A stretch of 62,022 nucleotides of DNA, the filler included, from Sphacelaria rigidula (Eukaryota): assembly GCA_964200075.2 (NCBI GenBank). It is 7 parts of 7 records of this genome, joined end to end, with 100 filler letters (N's around TTAATTAATTAA, not from the genome) between each part and the next. Parts side by side here need not be neighbours in the genome. Positions count along the whole stretch, not along the records: positions 35,501 to 44,274 come from CAXNAA020010137.1; positions 44,375 to 53,148 come from CAXNAA020010138.1; 5 more parts are not named here. The stretch is one strand, 5' to 3'. Within the stretch, counting starts at the first letter, position 1. Each line of letters begins with the position of its first letter. Shown piece after piece: positions 38,368-52,009 of the stretch. The notes beneath the pieces were generated by a model that was not told where the DNA came from, did no database searches, and saw only the letters and a list, made by a program, of their open reading frames with translations. A program made the translations under genes and the position numbers.

Positions 38368-39133
38368 ATGCTACGGTAGGGGTGCACAAATATCTCCGAG
38401 GCTAGAATTGTTAGGAGCCCTTCATCTCATGCCAAACACGAGTTATAAAATATGCGAGAGTACGCCAGGATAACTACTCCAATGTGCTAGGGATGTCTCG
38501 AATACATTTGCTAAAGGGGGTACCCTGACCCCTATTCTTTTGCATCTAGAATCTTTAGGAGCCCCTGAATCAGACAAGATTTCGCGCAAAAAGTGCACCC
38601 CTACCGTAGCATTGCTCACGAGTCACGCTACTACGGCAAGGGTTGCACACTTGGTTCCACATGTTTCTCATCCAGGGGCTTCCAAAATTCGGAGGTACAC
38701 CACAATATGGGTTAGGACATTCCCGTCTTCGACTTCATTCAGGATATCACTAGCTCCATTGGGATGCTAGTCGTTGTGGCAGGCTCTCACGTATTTCATA
38801 AGTCGTGTTTTGGATGAAACAGGGGGTTCCTACTGATTCGAACCACTGACAAAAAAACACAAAAAAAATCGACTCAACGGTCGACGAGGAAAGAAGGGGA
38901 CCGCTGAACCCCTCTCGCGATTTAAAAAAAAAGGGGCAAACACCGCAGAAGGAAGGTTAGGAACTAAAATAAAAAATAAAAACTCCTGCGTGTTGGCCTT
39001 TCTCCTGTGTGACCCCGGCTCGTGCGCCGACGTATAGTGAAAGATGTAGATCGGCGTCCAGAATAGATGGGATGACAACACACAACACAACACAACGCAA
39101 CACACAGACAATACTTGTGCATCCTTACCGTAG
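38368..39133. mobile_element. Two adjacent TIR elements (38368-38612; 38631-39133), the second interrupted by a SINE
   Basis: Perfect 20-bp TIR ATGCTACGGTAGGGGTGCAC/GTGCACCCCTACCGTAGCAT. Degenerate pair CTACGGCAAGGGTTGCAC/GTGCATCCTTACCGTAG. Confidence 0.7.
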
Positions 39134-39306
39134 CACCACTCAGGCATCATCACTTCCGATAGCAACAACGACAGCAGCAACAACAACAAGTTGGTTTTAC
39201 TTCACACCTTGAACAATAATGAATCATCTTGGGAAAAAAAAAACGTACTGCCTACAGTATCGAACCTATTGTCCACAGGTAGCGCCACCACTTTGGAGTC
39301 TCTCAT

Positions 39307-39522
39307 TAGAGGTATCTCAAACTCGGTTCCCGGTTTACTGCTTTGTTCCGTTCTATTTCTTCAGGTGATAGTAATGGCGATTCATCACATAATGAGACCT
39401 CTTGACCGCCAGGTCAGGTCCTCCTATGAATCGCCATTACTTTCACTTAAAAAAAAATAGTAAAAAAAAACAGAGCCAGCGAATAAACGAGGAAATCGGG
39501 AACCGAGTGCGAGATACCTCTA
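39307..39522. repeat. Long imperfect hairpin (~215 nt)
   Basis: TAGAGGTATCTC..ACTCGGTTCCCG/CGGGAACCGAGT..GAGATACCTCTA; AGTAATGGCGATTCAT/ATGAATCGCCATTACT; TGACC-GCCA-GGTCA apex. Confidence 0.85.
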
Positions 39523-40799
39523 TTCAGCGTGAGGTACACGTTTACTTATTTCCTTACGGGACTGACTACCAGCAGCCACACCATAGATTCTAGTGTGGGG
39601 TTCATATTCAGGATATCACAATCTGTGCTCGAGATATTGAATTTTGAAAACTCAAAGGCTTCAACTGCCAAGTTCTCAAGCAGTGGCGCTTACAGACAAA
39701 TGATTCGATACTGTAGTACGCAGTTCCACCTTTTGTCGATGTAAACTCCGTCAAGGTGTCCAGTGTTTTTCATTACGGTTTTTAAGAACGAGAGCCAGCC
39801 GGAGGCAAGCAATCAACTTGAAAAAAAGAAGAAGGTGGGCCCCACGATTCAAGTAGCGGGCAACCGGGTGTATATTTACATATACATACTGCACCACGGC
39901 GACTGTGCCAAGGAGTGACGAATGAAATACGCATGTTATTACTGTTGGATTATATAACTGTTGTTGAATTATCGACATCAACCAATGCAGCCGTGGTGGC
40001 CGCAAGGACAAAAGTACCCCGAGGTGAGCAAAGCGAAATCAGTCACTCGCTGAAGGAAGCTCGGGAAAGGAAGTGGGTCAAATATTAAAAAAAAGAAACA
40101 ACAAACGGAACAGGGGGAGGGGGGTGAGCTGCAACAAACTGGAAGTGAAGAGAGGCGGGGGGGAAGGGAAGTGAGGAGGGGGGAAGGGGGGGGGACAAGG
40201 AACGCGACGCCAGCTTAAGAATCTAGTGACCATCGCGAGCAAAAATGACCCGGACAGGCCGCAGCGGCATGGTCTGAGGTCAGCAAAATATACCACCCCA
40301 TGGATAATGACATTAAATTACGTTGCCAAGCATCGTACTGTGTGCAATATCAAATCTATGAATGTCTGTTCCAACAGGATGTGTGGAATATATACCAACC
40401 ACCGTACCCCACACGGGAATCTTGGTGTTGTTACGGATCTCAAACTTACAATTCTCGTCACTACTAAACCGCCATACTGCACCTTGAGCCAATCTCAACA
40501 CGGCTGATACTGCGGCTACCACCACCAGGCAATCTCCAAGTCAATGAGCGGCCTTCGCTAACGCCGCTGCCGCCGTTCAGGGCACTTTTCCCGAGCCCCG
40601 AAAATTTTGCGACAAATCCCGCCGGCGCGCGGGAGGGTGCTGCGCGTGATCTGGACACGTACGCCATGGTATTGGAGGATACCCCCACCACTCGAGCTGT
40701 TGTGCTGCTACTCCACAAAGCTACCAGGCAGCAGGCCGTCGCACCGCCGCCCCCAAGCTTTGAGAGGTGTGCAACGGCTCCTGCAAAGGAAGGGAAGCA

Positions 40800-41070
40800 G
40801 CCAGGGCAGGGGGGTGTACTCATGACCTTGCATACCACAGCCATGAGACCATGGACTTCGCATCCCTACGAAGCCGGGACGGATCACAACGGGTGTTTGT
40901 CGAACCAGGCTCGTAATCGTCGAGCGCGAAGCAACGTGGTGTGTTCGGCGAGTCGCATGACGTGTGAGCTGCATCCTGCTGAGATTTTTTGGCCCGAAGC
41001 GTACTGATTATCTTGCATTTGGATGACGGTCTACAAGAAGCTTTTTCATTTTCTGGCGCGATTTCCATCG
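40800..41070 (-). repeat. Decayed repeat, probably LINE ORF2 post-RT region; homologous copy at ~57220-57490
   Basis: Both copies share TCGCATCCCTAC.AAGCCGG, GTGTTCGGCGAGTCGCATGA and TGCATTTGGATGA. Minus frames read LETIIQM...ILAGSSS...TALRA and TVIQM...ISAGCSS...LLRA. Confidence 0.6.
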
Positions 41071-42799
41071 ATGCGTGGTTAGTGGTCGAACGACGAGAGC
41101 AAGCAACAAATGATTGGGGGAGGTTGCTTGATGCCGTTCTATTGATTCATTGATTGCTTTTTTTGTCACACATTAAATCGGTCCCACTCGAATGCAGCAT
41201 CGACAACTAGATAGACGTACCCGAGGTGAACTAAATACACTGAGACTCTCGGTGGAAGAAACTCAGGAAAATACTTGAAGACGAAAAAGTGTGCACGGTG
41301 ATAATACAGAGGGAAGCAAGCACAAAAAGCGAGTCTCTTTAGGAGGCACTACCTACTAGACCACGACGTTACGAGTCTTGGGGTTCCAGAAGAAGCAACA
41401 CGGCAGATGCTGGACGTAGGTCGGGTGTGGAGGGAAAGCGAAAAACATCGCACGCACTTTGTGAACGTGATGCTCGGGAAGCATATGGTATGCATGAAAA
41501 CCTGCAGTCCTTGTGCAATAGCCTCAAGTCTCACCGTTGCCCAACTGCCAACACCGCGCCTGCTTTGACGGGGAATCCAGTCAGCAACTCAGGAGCTACT
41601 ACGCTATCACAACAAGAGGAGCACCTCGCGAGGAATCCAAGATCAAAATGACCGAGAGAATGGCCATCTTTGTACCCGACTAGCGATGAATGCGAGAAAT
41701 CAAACCAACATGGACACTGCTGTACCCCTAACGTTTCCTATAGGTTGTCGATTTTGCCCTTGGTCGGTGATCTTGCGGTGCTCCCTGGTGTGTGTTTGCA
41801 CCTCCTCCACTGTACTGTATCCTTCGGGTTTCATCATTTCCGCAGTCTTCTCCTGTCTCTCTTCCTTTCCGCATTTCTCTATAACTCCATGTGTTATTTC
41901 CCTAGCTTCATGCAAGCAGCAGTTTGGTATCTCGCTGCCGTAGGGTTCATGTATGAGAGCTTCATACCCCCAGAATAGCAAGGTCGAAATAGGTGAGTCG
42001 CAATCTGTCCCGACGGTCCTTCGCGTATTACCATTGCATATGAGTGAGTGGTTTTTGCGCAAGGCGTATTTTTACCGGAGCCATGTTGCGGACGTTGGTC
42101 ATTCCTCGTTTTTTCGTATTCTTGTTTTTGTTTGTCCTCGTTGCCTACGTTGTTCGTCTGTTCTACCTTTTCTTTTTGTTCAGCGACTGTTTCCGTTTTG
42201 GGAAAAAAAAACTCGGGGGTACGTTTATCATGTTACCACGGCTGGATCCCTGGGAGATCAGCTAACGCGCGACAATCATTCAAATCAAATCAAATCATTC
42301 AATTGATCAACTGCGACAGTCTGGGTGTGTTGCTGGGGCAGACGAAATTGCTTCACCCTTTCCCGAGGTTTGCTCTGCCGACTGTAGTGGCTGTACCGCC
42401 GCAAAAATGGACATTACTGCAAATTAGTGTTGAAGACCGTAGCAGAAAGACAACATAATGGAGGACGAATACTACAGACAGCACCGCCTTTGAGCTGCTG
42501 GTGCAATGGGGAGAAGAATGTATCAGCCGACCTTGGACAAACTGGGGCACGTCATCCGTAGCGACAACAGCAAGTCTACTGTTGTGCTGTAGCGCTTGTG
42601 GCATGCGATGACAAAGAGTCTGCTATCCGGGCAACTAGGTCGTACATTGTGCATTACTGATGCGGGTAGGTTCGGGTTGTGCAGTACATGAGAAGTCTGG
42701 CAAGCATATCTTGTACCGCGTTTTCGTCGTACTCCAAGCTTTTAAAAGCAATTGCTGGACAGAAAATGCTACTCCGAAATCGCTGACTGATCTATGGCG

Positions 42800-43080
42800 G
42801 GGGGCGTGCTCACCTGTTTCTTGCCTCCGTCATTTTGACCATCGATTATGCATCTCTCTCGAGACGGGGCACTGTTCCTACTCCCAGTAGAGACACGTCC
42901 AACCTTTGGGCGCTCACTAAGTTCCTTCAATGTATTACACAATAGCCCTTTACATATCTTATCCCCGTCTTGCCTCGCCATTTGTGGCCACCAATTATCT
43001 TCTACTAAATCCATCGTTTTCTCGTTACTGAACCATGTACAAAACCATTCCATGCCACCCTCGTGTACTTCCCACATTTT
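42800..43080 (-). mobile_element. 3' end of a second LINE family; shorter tail copies at ~9800-9852, 17478-17550, 41070-41120, 57650-57915, 58920-58998
   Basis: WWPQMARQDGDKICK...RPKVGRVSTGSRNSAPSRERCIIDGQ matches AKQEGDKLCK (57836) and RKGCVVNGQKTKT* (17530). Copies share one 3' end and are 5'-truncated. Confidence 0.7.
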
Positions 43081-44949
43081 TACCTATCGTCGATAATGGG
43101 AAGCGAGAAAGGTGCTCTACCGTATGGCGGTTTTGTCAGTTTCATTTCAGTTCGTGTCAGCCTCCAGGTCTAGAAACATCCATTTTCTATGGGGAAAAAC
43201 CGCTAGCTAGACTCTTCTGGTCATAGTGAAACGAGAAGAAAAGGATGCTTGTTTGAAACCGCAACGCAGGCATTTTGATTGTTGCATGAGTTCAACTGGT
43301 TAGTTTGATTCAAGGACTACATGGTGTAGGTGGGGAGTGAAGCAACAGGTCAGAGGATGCGGGCGACACTTGTGAGAAGAGCGAAGGAACCTTTGACATC
43401 GGTCACCACTCCACCATCCTGTCAACACAATGACCTCTCTAAGCGGTCGGCAGCCGATAAACAGGGGAACCTTTCTCCAAGTATGCAGGAAAGCGCGCCG
43501 TACTGCACGACGCAATCGTACAGTACTTAAAAAATGCAGTGCAGTACAGTTTCGATCTTCGAAGAAATACACTTTTTGGGTGAAGACGCGGAGTGAGCGG
43601 TTTGATATCGACAGGTTGTCGCTGTGTTGTTTGTACTTCGAAACAGTGGTGGTTTGCGTAAGCTGCAGATACCAGGGCTTCATGTACCGCAGCATGCGGT
43701 CTATGCCAACCCAGGGTAGTAGATTTTGGAACTCGAAACCTTGAACTCATCACCCGGAGGGGGGGGTCGGGATCTTGGGGGGAGGATGGGGGGTGATATT
43801 CTGTGTACCTCGATACAGTAGTGTGGCAGATACCGGTGATGTTGACGCCAACAACAGAAACTAGCCGAAAACTCATTACCCGGGGATGATTTTTAGCGGG
43901 AATGGCATACTGCGTGCGAGTGATCTACACCTTATTCTCAACAGTGTGCATGACTGCTTACCGCACGAGAGAGGCCAAATGCCTGCGGAACTCATGGTGT
44001 GCCCTCGTACTCATTCTTGTGCCCAAGGCGGTAAAAGCAGCCCACACAGACAGACCACCAGTAGAGGAAGCGACTCAAACGAAGACGGCGACGTCTTCAC
44101 CTCACCGACAACCAATTCACCGTTATTATTATATCCATCACATTAGTTCGACTTGACCGTCGACGAGGGAAAGGGAGTGCTGAGCCCCTCTCGCGATAAA
44201 AACATAAGGCAAGCACCGCAGAAGGAAGGTGGAGTACTAAAACAAAAGAAAAAAAGAAAAAGCTCCTGTGTTGGNNNNNNNNNNNNNNNNNNNNNNNNNN
44301 NNNNNNNNNNNNNNNNNNTTAATTAATTAANNNNNNNNNNNNNNNNNNNNNNNNNNNNNNNNNNNNNNNNNNNNGTGTTGGTAGTCGATCTGGACCACGT
44401 GTACTTTTTCCAAGTGAATGTTGATGCTGATTCAGCAGGTGACCTACTCTCGCGGTTTAACGGCTAAGTCCTCCTGCAGAGTTTCGGGGAGGAAGATACT
44501 TTCGCTCTGTGTTACTCTTTCGTATCTTCCTTGCGATGAGAAACGCGACTTCAGTCCCATTTTGGTGTTGAACCCCGAAATTTAAAATCGGCTGTTGAAT
44601 GCTACACCGGGGCTTCACAAAGACTGTGGAGAAACCTGTGCAGCTCGTCCTACAGGGTGCTATTTGTCCACGTGTGTGGAGCCGGTACGGTTCAGTGCGA
44701 TGTACCACAAGAAACTGTTCGGGAATTAGTACTGTAGCCGGTGTGATTCAGCCGAGCCAAAACGGCTACGTAGCTCAATTCTGAACGCTCTATAGCGGGG
44801 GCTCAGGGCTGAGGTTCAGAGGGAAGGTTGAGAAAGAACTGTACACCAAGCTAGGGTATGAGTGTGAGAGAATAATAAAAGCACGGTAATGCAGTGCTCC
44901 ATGCGAGCTAGTCGTCTGCTCAACCCATCAAGATCTCTCGTAACAAATG

Positions 44950-46640
44950 TTTTGCTCTGCTGTAGACGGTGCTCTGCGAGGAAGCATGTCCCGGCCGCAT
45001 AACAGACCTCACAAGCGCACAGCCATGACCCGTTCCACTCCCTGGAGTACCCCCGCGTGCCACGGCTACCCCCCCTCCTTCTTCGCTGCTACGGGCCATA
45101 GGGTGCTGTCACCTCCGAACGTCTGCCGGTTGTCGTCCATAGAGCCGTCTGTGGCTCCGCAAGCTTGGAGATCGTCCCTCAGGCACTTCAGCCAGTGTTG
45201 CCTCGGGATATATACCATGCACGTGGAAGTACCCGATAACTCGCAGGCGGAGCCGGTGATGTCTCTCCGCCAGCAACTCGTTGCTCACGACGCGGGGCCC
45301 ATGCCATGCATCCGTACAGTAGGGCCTCGATCGCCTCCCCTTTCAGCAGTCGAACGGTGCTTTCGGTCGATCAAAGAGCTCCACGGAGTATTTCCTTGTG
45401 CATGCCTTCGCTACTCTGCTCCAGTCGTTGACATCTTGTGTAAGTTCGCCATCTTCGTTGATGAGACCGTCCGATCATCGGAATCCAGTGATCTGTGCAT
45501 ACTTCTGACTCCCCACCCGTCGTCTTCTCGTCGAGATATGCCGTGTCCTTGAGGATATTGTCGTCCTCGCTGAATTCCACGAGAAGTAGCTCGAGCGTCG
45601 CTGCGAAGGAATGTTGAACAGCAGTGGAGACAGCACACATCAGTGCCTGTGTGACCTCGAACCAAAGCACTCCGAGAGCTCCCTGTCGTCCATGCGTCCG
45701 CGAGCCTGCATGCCGTCGTGGAATCGGTGGATAACTGCGGTCGTCTCGTCCGGAATACCAGCTCGGGTCAGCGCATCCAACAGAAGCTTTCGGTCGACCG
45801 AGTATGGGCCCTCGGGAGGTTCACGAAGCGCACATGTACATCGGTACGCTCCGCCGCCACCCTAGCTCCTGGGGACGGTGCATTATAAACAACATGTCGA
45901 CGGTGGATCGATCAGATTGGAAACCGCACTGTTCCTCTGGCAGTATCCCGTGGGCTTCGCACTAGGCGCTGTGGAGGTGGTTGGCCACTATCTTCAGGAG
46001 CACGTTTTCAGCGTGCGAGACTGGTGAGATCTCCCTGTAGTTGTTACAGTTGGACCGGTCCGAACAGCACTTCGGTGTACGTCTTTCTACTCCTCCTGCG
46101 GGACCTCCCCTCCGTCCCAAACCTTAACGAGAATGGTATGGAAGCGTTCGAGAACGATGGGTTCGGTCCGGCCGTCAAGCTTGAGTAGCTCTACAGGGAG
46201 GCAGTCGTGTCCCGGCGGTTTCCAGTTGTGCATCACCCGGAACGCTCTTTTGCTCTCCTCCTGCGCCGGTACTGGTCCGGTGGGTGATGCTGCCAGTCGC
46301 TGCTTCACCTCTTCGATGATAGCTGGGTTCAGCGTGGGCGATTTCAAGTTGAGCAGGGTGCGGAAGAACCTCCCCCACCGTTTTAGTATATCAATTTTGT
46401 TTCTTAGTAGAACGCCGTTCTCGTCCTTGATGAACTGCTGCCCCTCCCGTTGCCTCCAGCGAAGACTCACCAACCTATGAGGTATTTGTTTAGACCACTG
46501 ACACAACGCTATCACATCGCCTGGTCGACACCTCAGGCTCTTGCAGCCTTCCAGGGCGCTTTGGCACACTAGATACGGACGACACACCTGACGGCCTTTC
46601 GCGTCGCTCGAGCATTACGGAGCCCGGGACGGATGAGTCA
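44950..46640 (-). mobile_element. Decayed RTE-like LINE RT fragment, same family as 31670-35400
   Basis: [36 protein letters not shown]...LPVELLKLDGRTEPIVLERFHTILVKVW is close to ORF 33715-34404. Many indels. Confidence 0.9.
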
Positions 46641-47578
46641 TCAATCCTTCCGGCAGAACAGGTTGACCGAAACATGCTTCTCTTTCGTTCCGATGTGTAC
46701 TCGGTCGATGTGTGGTGTTACATAGTGCAGCGTGTTGACTATGTTCACTGTTGGCGAGACTCATTCCATGTATTGACCGGGACGCGTTTTCTTTCGTTTT
46801 TGCGTAGTGCAGCATGACGCCTTCGTTCACGGTTGTTGGCGAGAATCCTTGATTTTGTTTTGCGTCATATCTTCTTTTGATTGCTGTTTGCTTCGTGTTC
46901 GTTGCTACTGGGAAATATTCTTACGTTCTTTTCGTGTATCAAGTAATAACAAACATATCTGCGTCCTCCACCAATACTCAGCCGAAACAGTTCGATCGTT
47001 CCGCACCACCTTGCCCTCCCGAATGTGTGGCTTTGAGGCTAGGGTTGAAAACTCACGGTCTCAGGCCTACTCTTCCGAAACAAAGCAATGAACAAAACAT
47101 TACCGATTATAGTCGTCTTTTCCTTCTTCAATGACTTCAAGAGTGGAGAAAAACGTTTACTTTTATTTTTTGAAAACAAGGTGTTCTTGAGACTGAAAGG
47201 GCATCTTACGATTGAGCGTCAGCTCTTCGTCGGCAAACGGTTGTTGTCGCATGTTTCATAAGTTCACGAAACAATGACGAGCAACAATGGGAACGACCCG
47301 TTTTGTCAAAATAAGAGAAGAATAAGGGAAATGAGTATATATCAACCATCGGAATATTCCTTTCATCAATACCCCGCTTTACGTTGGGAAGGTTATGCAC
47401 ACCTGTAGTACATGATGTAATGCATTCCGAAAATGTTTCTCCAAACAATACGTTGAATGGGGGGGCAGGGTACTGAATCGTCACGATTTCAAGGAACCGT
47501 TTATCGGCGTTTGTTTGTTTTCGGAATAAACATCCATCGACTATGTCGTCGAAATGTGTGCCTTTGACCACCACATTT

Positions 47579-47679
47579 ACCCCTCAGACCGCGAGGTTAG
47601 TCTTCTGCTGAAACGGCATCAGCTTCAAGTGAACAAAAGAATGCATGACCCAGAAAGACTACTCTCGCGGTCTAAGGGT
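47579..47679. repeat. Short inverted repeat (~28-bp arms)
   Basis: ACCC.TCAGACCGCGAG..TAGTCTT / AAGACTA.TCTCGCGGTCT.AGGGT. Confidence 0.7.
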
Positions 47680-48997
47680 TAAGAATCATCAGGGGCACGC
47701 AGTAACGTTTCAAGTGAACATGAAACGCCGACTCTCAATCGAATGCTATACTCTCGGTCTCACGAAAACCTTGTAAAAACCGAAAATGAGGATTTTGCAT
47801 CTAGGCAGCACCCGACGAAGACGCAACGACTTCACAGCCATCACGTGACAGCTTCAACGCTGTGGAGACAGACTGACAACAGTGCGCTCCGACCCCAAAT
47901 CTGCACAGACAGGAACACAAGCACAAATGTCCTGTTTCCGAAACTGCCCCAAAAATGACAAGATGTACTTCTTCACCTCTACATCCCATGGGCATCACCT
48001 GTCTTCGGCATAATCTAACGATTCAGCCCACTCTTCTTGTGCCTCTCACCAGGATTACACCCCTTGTTGACGAAAATATGGTATAGCTCAACTTTATTTG
48101 CACACGTGATTCCTCGCCAACCACTATACCCTCACGTGGCCAGCGACAATGAAGTATACCTTTCCGATCACTACGACTTAATCGATAGTATCTTAATTGG
48201 AACCTCCACTCGATCACTTGCCGTCACGTACTCCGCTATTCCCTAGTCGACGGGAACAACAGCGATCACGTTGGATTCGAAAGGTGCGCAAGTAAAATCC
48301 CCTCAAAAATAACACGTTCATGTTACGATACACAGGGTGCACTGCTCAAAACACTTGGTTCGTGCTTCGGTCACTATCTCTCGGTAACACGCGGATATGA
48401 TCAACCCGCATCCCATCAACCGCTTCTCAATACAGCATAGGGGTGAACGTGCAGCTACAGCTGTAGTGGAGTAGGTTTGGGGAGATGAAAAGCGCGACGC
48501 TATTGAGTTTTACCTGATTCATGCTCTTACCATCACCTCGGAAGGTGGCGTGGCGTACAGCGTAGTAACACCTGAGGAGGCATCCGTTTGAAGGTGGCGG
48601 AATTTTCCCGAGTGTAGGGGATGCGGAATGTGGGTCAAGTGGTTCCCATCGGAACGTTTTGGGCGGTTTCCTAATGTGTAAATGTGCCCTAGTAAACATT
48701 ATCGAAACTGTTGAGTAGTAGAACCTGTCATGCCATGGCCTCCCGCATGACCGACGTGGCATATGCTCAGTACAACGGTTGCTCTGCTTCGCAATCGCGC
48801 TTCCAATATTCTATTTTCCTTTTCCTTTGTCAGTCTACTTGTTATACTTCTCATGTATCGAAAAAATATAACTTGTTGAAAAGTGCTTTTTTTACCCTTC
48901 TCCGTCGGTTTTGCCCCGAGAAGAGGGCTCAGCGGATGTCGACACCTCAGACCGTTCCAGAGCACCTCTGCGTTTTCCGTAGGTCACAGCGTAGTGG

Positions 48998-49192
48998 GTG
49001 AGAGGACCGCGCGCTTAAAGGACCGCACCGTAGCTCAAAACACCTCAGTATCGACGTTTTCCAAAACCTTTCGGGCCAGTCCCTGCAGGTACCACGATCC
49101 TGACCCCAACACTAACCCTAACCGTAACCTCAACCCCAACCATAGGGATGCTCAAGTTCCGACGCGGTCCTCCAAGCACGCGGTCCTCTCAC
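48998..49192. mobile_element. Small TIR element with internal telomere-like repeats
   Basis: GTGAGAGGACCGCG.GCTT..AGGACCGC / GCGGTCCT..AAGC.CGCGGTCCTCTCAC; internal CTAACCCTAACCGTAACC. Confidence 0.7.
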
Positions 49193-49940
49193 GCATTATA
49201 ACAGTTTCGTTCTTGGCCAAGAATTAGACAGTACAGTATTGAATAGGAATTGCAGATTTACGGTACTATATTCATGGAAAGTGCAAGCTGAACGCCACAT
49301 GCGTCATAAGTGGCCGGTAATCCAACGAGTCATACAGCATCAACGGAAAATACAAGCGTCACCTACAAATAATGACGATTTGGGTCATAGGAAATATGAA
49401 CTATAGTTCTGGTACATTTATCTAAGTCTGGGAGTGGTCGGTGTTGAGGTGATTTTGTTCCTCCGGAAAGCTCGCTCCACATCAGTAGATGGACAATCTT
49501 GTTGCACTATAGCGAGTGTCCTACCTTTGTCTGTACCAGTCGGGAAGCACACGCACCCGAGCTGCCACCCCACGTTTACCGTCATTGCGAAGATAACAAG
49601 ACAAGAGCACGAACAACAGCTGTTGTGGCCGCTACACACCAACGTAACTGCAGCAACCCAGAAATGCCAATTGCGCAACGCTTACACCTCGTAACCGAAG
49701 CGGGGGATTGGACTGCGGTTTCTTGCGCGCACTTCCCACACACCCAAGCTACGTCGCCGAGTTTCGTTTCCGCGTTTGAGCGTGATGCTGACTCGCAAAT
49801 AACTCAAATGTACTTAAAGGGTGTTTTCCGCTCTGGGGGGGGATTTTCGGGCCGCTGACGCGACGCCAGAAAAATATCTAAATATTTCAGGTCCTCAAGA
49901 TCTTGTGTGTATGCGGGGGGCTGTCAAGTGCCGTGGACCG

Positions 49941-50248
49941 TCCGCACGAGAAGCAGCAGCAGCAGCAGCAGCAGCATATTTATTGCCAGTAAATGTACGT
50001 GGCTGGGGGTGGGTCTGAATCAACCGGCGGCGATGCTGCTGCTGCTGCTGCTCTTTATCGTGGACAGTCCGCGTTTCGACCGTGCGACAACACCCACGCA
50101 CCTTGCGAGTGATAGCCACCGTGCTGGACAGCGCTGACACACACACAAATCGGCACCGGCTGATTTAGACCCACGCCCAGCCGCGCACATCTACCGGCAG
50201 TAAAGATGCTGCTGATACTGCTGTTGTTGCTTCTTCTTCTCGTGCGGA
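49941..50248. repeat. Inverted-repeat element with (CAG)n/(CTG)n arms
   Basis: TCCGCACGAGAAG...GGCTGGG.GTGGGTCT.AATCA.CCGG mirrored by CCGG.TGATTTAGACCCAC.CCCAGCC...CTTCTCGTGCGGA. Confidence 0.75.
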
Positions 50249-50454
50249 ACGCGATTAGAACGGCGCGTGATTTCCCGTGATCTCTCCGTAAACCGAGCTG
50301 TAACAGATTCTAAAACTAGAAAACACTGCAGAACTGCCGTGTTGTCTTGTGTTCAGGGTAGTAGCCTGTTCTTCATACACCACTGCAACATTGTCTTATC
50401 TTGATTGTACTACCCTGTACTCCATATATATAATGGCGTCATTGTTCGAGTAGT

Positions 50455-50535
50455 TTTTCGAAAAGTTCTGCTCGTTCTTTGGAAAGTTCTCCTCGTTTCT
50501 TGGACATTTCTCCTCGTTTTTTGAAAAGTATTCCG
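50455..50535 (+). repeat. ~21-bp minisatellite, ~4 copies
   Basis: Consensus TTGGAAAGTTCTCCTCGTTTC repeated in tandem. Confidence 0.7.
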
Positions 50536-52009
50536 AAAAAAACGAGAGTGTTTTATGTCACAGAAATCTAATGCCGAATCTGGAATAGCGTGAGACAACA
50601 ACCGATTTGAAAATTAGAATGCGTGGTAGGCCACAAATAAATATTCCAGCATCTAGTAGGCGGGTAGGGCACGTCACATCGGTTGCATCTGCGTGAATAA
50701 TCACGTCTCGACAAACTTGAGAAAGAGAGAAAATGAATCATGGCCATGAGTAGACCATTCTTCTCTTTTTCTCCCTCCGTATGCTTTATTGTGTATACCG
50801 TGAAGGGGTGATGCACGCCACGAGGAGCTAGGGTATAATTGCTCAAAAGAGGTCACACGTTTCGTGCCGATGACCGCATTGCTGTGTGGCTTTATTGGCG
50901 ATGTCGGGAAAAGTGCGAAAACGGCATGTTCCTCGTAGTAGACGGAATCGAGAGCTTTGGAGACAAACATCCAAGTGGTTATACATACATCTGCGCGCGG
51001 CAGAAAGCCCTTGAAGAGAGCTTTTAATCGATGCAAGGTTCGACCATACGGGCGTTATCCAACTCGAGGTTGAAACAACCGAGTGCCGCGCAATTATTAT
51101 CGTTTCCATCACAAGTGAGAGAAGTTAAAAGACCACAAAAATAACACCTTCACTACCTCGTACAAAGTTTGCATCTTCCGCGCAGCACCGTGACCGCTGT
51201 TGGTCGGGTCTATCTTACCCCGCCCGAAAAAAGATAAACGACTACATATTCGCCGTTACATATGGCGGAAGTGTTGTACTTGAACAATACTGTTAACATC
51301 GAAGACGAGGGCAAGCGACAGGAAAAGAAGGAGAACGTAGCCATCAGACGACTGAGACACCCGCGAGTAAAGCGACTGAACTACCACCAAAATCAAACCT
51401 ACATGCAAAGTTAATCGATGGGGCGATGACAAGCTAACATAGTCACCGACTGGTCAACCGAGTAACAAAAAGAGGGTCTTCGCAGAAGAAACCGAGAAAA
51501 GAACACCATAATAATGGGGCCTAAGCATACACTATCATCCGCATACCGGCAAAAACACATCTTCTTACTCCTCACTATAACCGAGCTTGGGAAGTACACG
51601 GACAAAAACAAAAACATGCAAGGTGCATACCCCTTCGCCACGAGCGTCCTCTAGTAGTGAGTAACAAAGGCAATAACAGGTACCAGAACAATGAAAAGGG
51701 GTAGCAACAAGCACGGACACAACACAAGAAAACAAACGCCACCTATCGTGGCAGTACGAGGAGGATATGATGAGTACGCTGGTACGATAAAGCCGAAGAC
51801 ATCGACCGATCGGCCAGGTCGAGCAGCGCGGGTAAGCTCCATCGCCGTTTTATACCATAGCCCCTCCTGCTGAAAGGTATCATCTTTGTGTTGTGTGCGC
51901 CGGGTAGTACAGACATTGGGGACTCAGTGTCCTAGCCATTTTCGTTTGACCCCCGCCAGAAACGTTTCCGATTGCCGAACGATAATTGGCTTGTAGTCAT
52001 AAGCGAACT

